From: Fibrobacterales bacterium
Lineage (GTDB): Bacteria > Fibrobacterota > Fibrobacteria > Fibrobacterales > Fibrobacteraceae
DNA length: 13,829 nt
Reading direction: 5' to 3'
Assembly (NCBI GenBank): GCA_025997455.1
Contig: BNUP01000053.1
Location: 1-13,829, forward strand
Shown: in pieces, positions 4,732 to 11,244 of the stretch
Numbering within the stretch: the first letter of the stretch is position 1
How the letters are laid out: each line of letters begins with the position of its first letter
Notes under the pieces: model-generated
Database searches by the model: none
Seen by the model: the letters and a program-made list of their open reading frames with translations, nothing else
What the model was told of the DNA's origin: nothing
Made by a program: the position numbers and the translations under genes

Positions 4732-7196
4732 TTACGAGTCGTTTTCTTTTTCCATTGATTTACACTGCACCTGTGCTCGCAGGTGCGTTGTTGTTATTCC
4801 AAAAAATTCCGCAAAATTCCGCAAAATACTTAGATATTGAATTTGGTTATTATGCAATTCTCTCCGTCTTTTTGTGGTTTTGCATCGCTTTAATTTGGAA
4901 TGCAAAAGAGATTTTTAATAGGGTAAAAGAGACTCTGCCGTCACGGAAGGCTGCTTGCGGACTCGGCGTTTTGCTTGTTGCATTTGCGGCGTTTGCTCTC
5001 ACTCAAATTGACCTTCGGCACAGAGTTTTGAGCGATGAGACGAGTTGGGAATCGATGGCTTTGGAGATGCGTTTTAATAAAAGCGGCGGAGTGTGTAATC
5101 AGGGGGTGTGGAAAGACGGCGTTTTGGAATGCCGAGATGTTGTGAATAATTTTAAGGGTAAGGCGTTTGCACTTGCGCAATCCTTAGCATTTTTATTTTT
5201 AGAACCGAACAGGGACACTTCCCTACTGCTGAATTTACCTCTTGCTCTCGGCTCAATTGCTCTTTTATTTTTTGCATTATTTCGATTTACCCGCGATGAA
5301 TATCTCGCTCTCACGGCGGCGATTTTTTTGGCGAGTATGCCGATTTTTCTGTTTCAGTCCCGTTCCGCATCTACCGAAGTTTTATATGTGTTTTTATTCG
5401 CTTTACTTTTGTGCATATACTCGCTTGTGCCTCCAAAAGAAATTAGTGTTCGGCATTTTGCACTCATAATTCCGTTGCTCGGACTCTTTGCACAGACGAG
5501 GCAGGAGACCGTTTTTTGTTTTATTCCCTTTGCGTTGTATTATCACGCCTATTTTAGAGAAAAAACTTGGCGATTGCCGATTTTTGTTTTTTTGGTTATT
5601 TTTGCGAGTTGGGTTTCTATAAATACAATGATAGCCTACCGCGGTTACGATTTTCAAGGCGGTGAGCATTCTGCACATTCCATTGCAAATTTTATTTACA
5701 ACTTTAAGTCAGATGTTAAAATTATGTGGAATGCGGGACTTGGCAACAACGGTCTTTTGAAAAATCCATTCTACACAACTTATACTTTGCTTTTGTTTGC
5801 AAGTTCAATTTGGTTGCTTTACAGAATAATTTTTCGGCGAAAATATTTGTGGTCGGGATTGTTGTTCGCCTTGTTTTGTTTGCAAATTGCGGTGATACTT
5901 TTTAATGTGTCGGGCACTTTTGAAATTGACATAAATCAGAGGTATGTTTTGGTTGCGTTGCCGTTGTTTGCGATTATTATGGCGGTTGGTTTTTGTGATA
6001 TATTTAAATGTCGCTTATTAGGTTCTGACGACTTATTAACGGGTTCTTCAGAGCCTGCTAAAAATTCAAAATTCGTCTGTATTTTGGCGGCTGTGCTCGC
6101 GGTTTATCTTTCGTTTCATCACAAAGAGAGTTTTAATGCTAACATTTTATATAGCCGAAATATGCTTCTCTCAGAGGAAGATTTTTTGAATACGGAGTTA
6201 AAAAAACTCCCGTCAAATTCAGTTTTTATTTATGCCAGACCTTGGCAAATGCTCGCAAGCGGTTTAACCGGATTTTCAGAACGGCAATTTTTGGGTTGGT
6301 CGCCAAAAGAATTGGATGATATGAGAAATTTTTCCGATGATAACATTTACATTGTGCGCGGGCAAGACGGCTATGGCGAGGTGAATAGAAATTCGCGGGT
6401 GGTCGGTTTTAAAACGACTTCAACAATAGATGCAATTTTGCAGGATTATGCAAATAATAAAATTTTTTCTGTGAATAAGCCCTTCGGTTATCCGCTTGAG
6501 GCATATAAAATCGGAAGGAAAAGAGGAGAATCGAAATATGAAAATTATTACAAACTTTATTTTGATGTGGGCGATTCGGCATTGAAAGTTTCGGTATCAA
6601 CTCCAGAGAATACTTCTAATTCAGAGACGAAAAACATTTTAGCAACGGAAAATTACGAACTTCTTTTGGATAACAAGTTTTATGAAAAAGGAAATGAAAA
6701 ATCGGCAGGTATGCATTACGCAACTTTAACTGCATTTGTCGAAGGCGATACCATAAAAAAGGAAACGCAATTTTTTGTTAGAAGTGAAAATAATCGACTT
6801 TTGCAGGATACAAAACCGAACAGTTGGGAGCAGAGTTGGAGCGAGCCTAAATACGGAAAATCGGTGGAAGGAAATACCATAAAAATTGACGGCAGAATTT
6901 TTGAATATGGGATAGGCTCTCATTCGCCTTCAAAATTAGTATGGGATATAAACGGCAAATACAAAAAATTTCACGGTTTTATTGGCTTAGATGATGAATC
7001 TGCGTGCGGGAACGGAGTTATTTATATTGTAAAAGGAGATGGTAAATCGCTTTACAAATCACGAGTTCTCGCCTCGCACGAATTGGATTCTCTTGAAGTA
7101 AATTTGGACGGAATTAAAACACTTGAACTTGAAACACTCGACAACGGCGATAAAGACTGCGACCACGCAAATTGGGCAGGTGCGTGGCTTGAATAG
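4728..7196 (+). CDS. polytopic membrane protein: ArnT/PMT-like GT-C glycosyltransferase N-terminal domain fused to a C-terminal NPCBM carbohydrate-binding domain
   Basis: 822 aa, GTG start overlapping the upstream stop. There are about 12 hydrophobic helices in the first ~430 aa, with an SDETSWESMALEM loop motif resembling the DExxYxExxxEM signature of GT39/GT83 enzymes. The C-terminal ~140 aa (GIGSHSPSKLVWDINGKYKKFHGFIGLDDESACGNGVIYIVKGDGKSLYKS...CDHANWAGAWL) matches the NPCBM/NEW2 consensus. Confidence 0.8.
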   Translation: MITSRFLFPLIYTAPVLAGALLLFQKIPQNSAKYLDIEFGYYAILSVFLWFCIALIWNAKEIFNRVKETLPSRKAACGLGVLLVAFAAFALTQIDLRHRVLSDETSWESMALEMRFNKSGGVCNQGVWKDGVLECRDVVNNFKGKAFALAQSLAFLFLEPNRDTSLLLNLPLALGSIALLFFALFRFTRDEYLALTAAIFLASMPIFLFQSRSASTEVLYVFLFALLLCIYSLVPPKEISVRHFALIIPLLGLFAQTRQETVFCFIPFALYYHAYFREKTWRLPIFVFLVIFASWVSINTMIAYRGYDFQGGEHSAHSIANFIYNFKSDVKIMWNAGLGNNGLLKNPFYTTYTLLLFASSIWLLYRIIFRRKYLWSGLLFALFCLQIAVILFNVSGTFEIDINQRYVLVALPLFAIIMAVGFCDIFKCRLLGSDDLLTGSSEPAKNSKFVCILAAVLAVYLSFHHKESFNANILYSRNMLLSEEDFLNTELKKLPSNSVFIYARPWQMLASGLTGFSERQFLGWSPKELDDMRNFSDDNIYIVRGQDGYGEVNRNSRVVGFKTTSTIDAILQDYANNKIFSVNKPFGYPLEAYKIGRKRGESKYENYYKLYFDVGDSALKVSVSTPENTSNSETKNILATENYELLLDNKFYEKGNEKSAGMHYATLTAFVEGDTIKKETQFFVRSENNRLLQDTKPNSWEQSWSEPKYGKSVEGNTIKIDGRIFEYGIGSHSPSKLVWDINGKYKKFHGFIGLDDESACGNGVIYIVKGDGKSLYKSRVLASHELDSLEVNLDGIKTLELETLDNGDKDCDHANWAGAWLE
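6018..6056. repeat. ~36-bp imperfect palindromic element (GGTTCTGACGAC-TTATTAACGG-GTTCTTCAGAGCC) lying in-frame inside the GT-C/NPCBM gene (encodes LGSDDLLTGSSEP)
   Basis: About 85% identical (28/33) to the intergenic element at 7401-7439. It sits at the junction between the TM domain and the extracytoplasmic region. Confidence 0.6.
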
Positions 7197-7204
7197 GGGG
7201 AAAT

Positions 7205-7399
7205 ATGAAATACGGAAAATTATCTGATGAAAAATTGACTGTTAAAAAGAAAAAGGTAAAGAGTGCAAAAATTGAAAAGAACGCAGTGGGAGCGGAAATT
7301 GAAAATAACGCGGAAACCTCGAATGTTGCGGAAGGAAAAAACTCCCTGCTAAAAATTCGGGAAAAAATTTTAAACGCAATTGCAGTGATTAAAAAGTAG
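7205..7399 (+). CDS. hypothetical Lys-rich small protein (64 aa)
   Basis: The ORF lies 8 nt after the upstream stop and is preceded by GGGGGAAAT. It is low complexity (KKKKVKSAKIEK) with no recognisable domain, and could be a spurious or small disordered protein. Confidence 0.35.
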   Translation: MKYGKLSDEKLTVKKKKVKSAKIEKNAVGAEIENNAETSNVAEGKNSLLKIREKILNAIAVIKK

Positions 7400-7400
7400 A

Positions 7401-7439
7401 GTAGGCTCTGATGACCTCTTAACGAGTTCTTCAGAGATT
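7401..7439. repeat. Intergenic copy of the same ~36-bp palindromic element (GGCTCTGATGAC-CTCTTAACGA-GTTCTTCAGAG) between convergent genes. It could act as a bidirectional terminator hairpin.
   Basis: Arms CTCTGATGAC / GTTCTTCAGAG form a ~10-bp imperfect stem. It lies between the stop of the 7205-7399 ORF and the stop of the MbfA-like gene. Confidence 0.6.
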
Positions 7440-7442
7440 ACT

Positions 7443-8318
7443 TTACAACTCTATTCCCAGAAAGTGCTTGACCAACTGTGCAATGGCAAACGACACAACG
7501 GAAACCAAAGCACACAAGCCGAACATTTCAAAAAAACGAGTTTTGAATTTCAAATCCTTAGCAACCGAAATATAATAGTTGAACGCCGCTATTATAAACA
7601 CAACAACGGCGAACATAGTAAGCAATGCGTGCAAATACATTTCCTTGGGAAACAGGAGATAAGGTGCAGTCATTAACGCAACGGTTACAAGATACATCGC
7701 TCCTGTGTAAAAACTCGATTTAACTGCTTGCGGATCGCCGTCTGCTTTTGCACTCAGGTAAGCGGAGGCAGTCATTGAAAGAGTCGCAGAAATTCCCGTT
7801 ATGAGACCCGCGAGTGCAACCATTCGAGTATTCTGCAATGCAAATGAAAAACCTGCGAGCGCACCAGTCAGTTCCACAAGTGCATCGTTCATACCGAGCA
7901 CCATAGACCCGACGAATTTCAATCGTTCTTCGTCTAACATATTTATTAAAACTTTTTCGTGCCGTTCTTCATCTGCACGAACTTGTGCGACTTCGGGAAA
8001 TTGGTCTATGAATTTGGAATAATTGACAACCGCAGAAGTTTCACCTTTTTCGAGAAATTTTATCATAAAAGTAAAACCGAAAAGTTTAGCAAAAAATAAA
8101 CTCATATTGACATGAAACCAATTCGCTTTAAGTTTTTTTCCCGTATATTTAGCCCATATTTTTTCGTGGTGGCTTTCGTCTATTGCCAAGTTTTCCAAAA
8201 TCTCACCGTTTTTTTCGCCGATTTTTTTCGCTATGCGTGAATATATCGTCGCACTGTCTGCCTCGCATTGTTGCATAAAGCAGAAGAATTTTGATGTTTT
8301 CGCCGAGAGAGTTGCCAT
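7443..8318 (-). CDS. erythrin-VIT1 family membrane ferritin / iron exporter (MbfA-like: N-terminal ferritin-like diiron domain + C-terminal VIT1/CCC1 transporter domain)
   Basis: Two E-x-x-H diiron motifs (DESHHEKIW, DEERHEKVL) form a rubrerythrin/erythrin-like N-terminal domain. They are followed by the VIT1 signature (GMNDALVELTGALAGFS) and 4-5 TM helices. TACCTT box 7 nt upstream of the ATG. Confidence 0.85.
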   Translation of the reverse strand: MATLSAKTSKFFCFMQQCEADSATIYSRIAKKIGEKNGEILENLAIDESHHEKIWAKYTGKKLKANWFHVNMSLFFAKLFGFTFMIKFLEKGETSAVVNYSKFIDQFPEVAQVRADEERHEKVLINMLDEERLKFVGSMVLGMNDALVELTGALAGFSFALQNTRMVALAGLITGISATLSMTASAYLSAKADGDPQAVKSSFYTGAMYLVTVALMTAPYLLFPKEMYLHALLTMFAVVVFIIAAFNYYISVAKDLKFKTRFFEMFGLCALVSVVSFAIAQLVKHFLGIEL

Positions 8319-8410
8319 TGTGGGGAAGGTAGAAAGTTTGCACGCGGCGGTGCAGATTAGGGTGTAGGGTATGGGGTGTAGGGTGTGGGGAACTCGGCGT
8401 TGCAGAGGAA
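8319..8410 (-). promoter_or_regulatory. Promoter module for the MbfA-like gene: CTGCAACGCCGAGTT, C-heptamer array, TAATCTGCACCGCCGCGTGCAAAC, then TTTCTACCTTCCCC with TACCTT 7 nt before the ATG
   Basis: The rc of this interval is about 95% identical over ~90 nt to 10081-10170 upstream of the epimerase gene. Confidence 0.45.
8359..8390. repeat. GGGTRTG-type heptamer array (upstream of minus-strand MbfA-like gene)
   Basis: tagggtgtagggtatggggtgtagggtgtgggg. Confidence 0.9.
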
Positions 8411-8418
8411 ACCATAAA

Positions 8419-8745
8419 CTACGGTATTGGGTAAAACACCCCGTATCTGTCGTGCAGGTATTCTTTTTCGTTGTAAATGGGTTTTATCAATTCTAATTTT
8501 GCAGGAGTTCCAGCGTTGTTCAAACTGTCTGCAATTTCAGCCGCCCGTGCTGCACCCAATAGTTGCCCGATTACGAAAATTGTGTCGCCAAACGCACTTC
8601 CGTTTTCATATCTTTTTAATTCGACTTCTTTTTTTGCAAAGTTCAGAGTGCTCTCTTCGCGCATAACTATGTATAACACCAAAGCGGCATATATTATTAG
8701 GATAACACAAGCACTTCTTAAAATTGTAAAAAAAATTCTTTTCAT
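8419..8745 (-). CDS. hypothetical small membrane-anchored protein (108 aa)
   Basis: A single N-terminal TM helix (ILRSACVILIIYAALVLYIVM) followed by a soluble domain. It lies downstream of the SPFH gene on the same strand, separated by two hairpins. No family assigned. Confidence 0.5.
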   Translation of the reverse strand: MKRIFFTILRSACVILIIYAALVLYIVMREESTLNFAKKEVELKRYENGSAFGDTIFVIGQLLGAARAAEIADSLNNAGTPAKLELIKPIYNEKEYLHDRYGVFYPIP

Positions 8746-8875
8746 CTCTTTTCATCTCGTTAGAAGGGGTGTTCTTTTTGCAATGACAAACTGCCGAAGG
8801 GGTAGCGGAAAACACGCGTAGGGGCGGAGTTTGCCCGCCCATTATGCGCGGTTGGAGCGAGGGGAAGGCTTTCCC

Positions 8876-9685
8876 CTACCTGACATCTAAAAAGGGAATC
8901 GGTGCATTGCCGCCCATATAAGTCGGGAGTTGTCCGTTCCATTTTTCAATGGATTTTAAGTTCACATAATCTTTGCCGCCCTGTGCACGAATTGCATCTG
9001 CCTGAATGCGTATGGATTCCGCCTCGCCGCGTGCCTGTGCAATTTTTTGGTCTGCCTCAACCTTAATCCGTTCCAAGTTATTTTTCGCCGTGAGTGCCTT
9101 TTGCTCCGCGACTTGCTTGTCCTCAATCGCCTCGTTAAATCCCTTGCTGAAATCGAAGTTGGTAATTTGCACGCCGCCCGCATCGACAATTATATTGTAG
9201 TCCAAAAGTTGCCTCGTTAAACTCTCGGAAATTTCGTTTTTCACCTGCTCACGCATAGTGAGTAATTCCTCCGCCGCGTATCTCGCCACAACCGCTTTAA
9301 CCGTTTCCTGTATGCGCGCCGCGATAATTTTGTTCTCAACATCCAAGCCTACTGTCGAGTAGAGTTCTCTTAATTTGACTTGATCCAAGTGGTAGTTTAG
9401 GGTGAGAACGGTTGAGACAATCTGCATATTTTTAGATGCCGCCTGTGCCGGTGCCTCTGCTTTTTGCGTGCGAATATCGACCTTTGAAATTGTTTGCATT
9501 ATCGGGATTTTGAAGTGCAAGCCCTCATCGCTCACCGATGTGATTTCGCCCCAAGTGAAGACCAACGCCTTTTCTCCCGAACGCACGGTGTAAAACGCAC
9601 CCGATACCACTATTGAGCCTATTACTATTGCGATTATTGCAACAGTGAGAAATTTTGTGCCTATGCTGCCATTTTGATTTACCAT
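8876..9685 (-). CDS. SPFH/band-7 (prohibitin/HflC-like) membrane protein
   Basis: N-terminal TM anchor (FLTVAIIAIVIGSIVVSGAF), then the typical SPFH core (YTVRSGEKALVFTWGEI...) and an Ala/Glu-rich coiled-coil tail (KQVAEQKALTAKNNLERIKVEADQKIAQARGEAE). TACATT box 6 nt upstream of the ATG. Confidence 0.9.
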   Translation of the reverse strand: MVNQNGSIGTKFLTVAIIAIVIGSIVVSGAFYTVRSGEKALVFTWGEITSVSDEGLHFKIPIMQTISKVDIRTQKAEAPAQAASKNMQIVSTVLTLNYHLDQVKLRELYSTVGLDVENKIIAARIQETVKAVVARYAAEELLTMREQVKNEISESLTRQLLDYNIIVDAGGVQITNFDFSKGFNEAIEDKQVAEQKALTAKNNLERIKVEADQKIAQARGEAESIRIQADAIRAQGGKDYVNLKSIEKWNGQLPTYMGGNAPIPFLDVR

Positions 9686-9760
9686 TATGGGAATGTAGAA
9701 AATTAACTCGGCAGTGCAAGTTGGGGTGTGGGGTGTGGGGTGTGGGGTGTGGAGAAAGGA
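9686..9760 (-). promoter_or_regulatory. Promoter module for the SPFH gene: C-heptamer array (on the gene's coding strand), TTGCACTGCCGAGTT, AATTTTCTACATTCCC, 6 nt, then ATG
   Basis: The rc reads ctccacaccccacaccccacaccccaacttgcactgccgagttaattttctacattcccata-ATG. It is homologous to 3881-3939. Confidence 0.45.
9723..9752. repeat. GGGGTGT heptamer array (upstream of minus-strand SPFH gene)
   Basis: ggggtgtggggtgtggggtgtggggtgtgg. Confidence 0.9.
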
Positions 9761-9767
9761 ATTGTAG

Positions 9768-9794
9768 GGGCGTGGTTTTTAACCCGCCCTTTTA
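9768..9794 (+). terminator. Hairpin GGGGCGTGG-TTTTTAA-CCCGCCC followed by TTTT (terminator-like on the + strand); the copy-A equivalent at 3843-3864 points along the minus strand
   Basis: GC-rich stem of 8-9 bp with one bulge, immediately followed by a T4 run. In both copies it would stop transcripts leaving the inverted-repeat-bounded segment before they enter the neighbouring genes (epimerase or OmpH). Confidence 0.35.
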
Positions 9795-10030
9795 GAATTG
9801 CAAGGAGTTTGCAATGTATATAAAAACCTGAACTTACGAGTGCTAAAGCACTCTCTCTACAAAAGCCAAACTCTTGACTTTTGTTGTTCTATCCACACCG
9901 CGTTCCCTTGTTAAATTTACTCTGCACTGCTAAGGGCATGTTTTCTGCCATTGTATATACAGATTATCTCAGGTTTCTTTTTAATAGGGCAGATATACTT
10001 ATTAAAACCTGCCCCTACAATTTCCCATTT

Positions 10031-10060
10031 CCCCCCCACACCCCACACCCTACACCCCAC
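10031..10060. repeat. CCCYACA heptamer array, the inner of two arrays upstream of the epimerase gene
   Basis: cccccccacaccccacaccctacaccccac. Confidence 0.85.
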
Positions 10061-10080
10061 TTTTCACTTTTCACTTTCAA

Positions 10081-10170
10081 CTTCTGCAACGCCAAGTTCC
10101 CCACACCCTACACCCCATACCCTACACCCTAATCTGCACCGCCGCGTGCAAACTTTCTACCTTCCCTCCA
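10081..10170 (+). promoter_or_regulatory. Promoter module for the epimerase/LtaS-like operon: CTGCAACGCCAAGTT, C-heptamer array, TAATCTGCACCGCCGCGTGCAAAC, TTTCTACCTTCCC (TACCTT 10158-10163), 7 nt, then ATG 10171
   Basis: Read directly from the sequence. It duplicates the MbfA-like gene's 5' module. Confidence 0.45.
10099..10130. repeat. CCCYACA heptamer array, proximal and upstream of the epimerase gene
   Basis: ccccacaccctacaccccataccctacaccct. This and its flanks are near-identical to rc(8319-8410) upstream of the MbfA-like gene. Confidence 0.9.
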
Positions 10171-11244
10171 ATGAACATTTTAGTCACCGGTGCGGCAGGG
10201 TTTATAGGGAATGCGGTTTCTTTATCGCTTCTTGCACGAGGACATTCCGTGCTCGGACTCGATAACTTAAACGATTATTATTCTGTGGAACTCAAAAAAG
10301 CAAGGCTTGGCAGATGCAAAGAATTTGCAGAACAAGGTTTATTTTCATTTAAGCAATTAGACATAACAAACACGGAAGACATCAATAAATTTTTCGGCGA
10401 AAATAAATTTGACAGCGAAAATAAAGTAATCTCAGAAGAACTCCTCAAAACTTTACCTCATAAAACAACAAGTTCTTCAGTTCCAACTAAATTTGACGGA
10501 ATAATTCATTTGGCGGCGCAGGCTGGAGTCCGCTACAGTTTGGAAAATCCATACACATATATAGATACAAACATAAAAGGCACTCTAAATTTACTTGAAG
10601 CGTGCCGCAGAAATTCCATAGATAATTTTGTCTATGCGAGCAGCAGTTCCGTTTATGGAGACAATGCAAAAATTCCGTTCAGCACCGAAGACATCGCAGA
10701 TTTTCCCGTCAGTTTATACGCCGCAACCAAACGGAGCACCGAACTAATCGCCCACACATATTCGCACTTATTCGGTATTAAAGCGGTGGGACTCAGGTTT
10801 TTTACGGTTTATGGCGAATGGGGAAGACCAGATATGGCTCCTATGCTTTTTGCGAAAAACATTTTGGCAGATCGCCCAATAAAAATTTTCAACAACGGGA
10901 ATATGCGCAGGGATTTCACATATATAGATGATATTGTGAATGGGACAATTGGAATTTTTGAATGGAATGCCGCACGCAAAATTATTGAAAATGATAAAAA
11001 TGCCGCGAGAACTTTTAACATAGGTCGCGGTGAGCCTGTGGATCTTTTGAATTTTGTGGAAGTTTTGGAAAACGAATTGGGAAAAAAAGCCGAAAAAGAA
11101 TTTTTACCTATGCAGGCGGGCGATGTTCCAGTAACTTGGGCAGACACTTCCGCACTCGAAAAAGTAATCGGTTACAAACCATCGGTTTCCTTAGCACAAG
11201 GCGTTAAAAATTTTGCAAAATGGTATAAATCATATTATGCTTAA
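10171..11244 (+). CDS. NAD-dependent sugar-nucleotide epimerase of the SDR family, UDP-glucuronate 4-epimerase-like, carrying a 28-aa in-frame insertion
   Basis: MNILVTGAAGFIGNAVSLSLLARGHSVLGLDNLNDYYSVELKKARL...IHLAAQAGVRYS...YASSSSVYG...YAATK... matches the GalE/UDP-GlcA-4-epimerase (Cap1J/WbpP-like) pattern with the YxxxK catalytic motif. Confidence 0.9.
   Translation: MNILVTGAAGFIGNAVSLSLLARGHSVLGLDNLNDYYSVELKKARLGRCKEFAEQGLFSFKQLDITNTEDINKFFGENKFDSENKVISEELLKTLPHKTTSSSVPTKFDGIIHLAAQAGVRYSLENPYTYIDTNIKGTLNLLEACRRNSIDNFVYASSSSVYGDNAKIPFSTEDIADFPVSLYAATKRSTELIAHTYSHLFGIKAVGLRFFTVYGEWGRPDMAPMLFAKNILADRPIKIFNNGNMRRDFTYIDDIVNGTIGIFEWNAARKIIENDKNAARTFNIGRGEPVDLLNFVEVLENELGKKAEKEFLPMQAGDVPVTWADTSALEKVIGYKPSVSLAQGVKNFAKWYKSYYA
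10414..10497. mobile_element. 84-bp in-frame insertion in the epimerase gene flanked by a 9-10-bp direct repeat (T)AAATTTGAC (10404-10413 and 10488-10497), with an internal inverted repeat CAGAAGAACT...AGTTCTTCAG
   Basis: The DRs are read directly. The insert encodes SENKVISEELLKTLPHKTTSSSVPTKFD between a duplicated KFD immediately before the conserved IHLAAQAGVRYS. UDP-GlcA epimerases normally have a single KFD-like tripeptide directly before xVIHLAAQ. Confidence 0.55.

Larger units (their letters stand above)
9686..10090. repeat. Copy B of the same element, in inverted orientation relative to copy A
   Basis: See copy A. The two copies face inward toward the 5.8-kb segment 3940-9685, each supplying the 5' module of the first inward gene. 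Confidence 0.9.

Noticed and set aside
712-10130. Considered whether the short tandem repeats could be a CRISPR array
   Set aside because: The units are 7 nt with no spacers. Arrays are 25-41 nt and dispersed upstream of genes. There are no cas genes. These are microsatellite or telomere-like arrays, not CRISPR.
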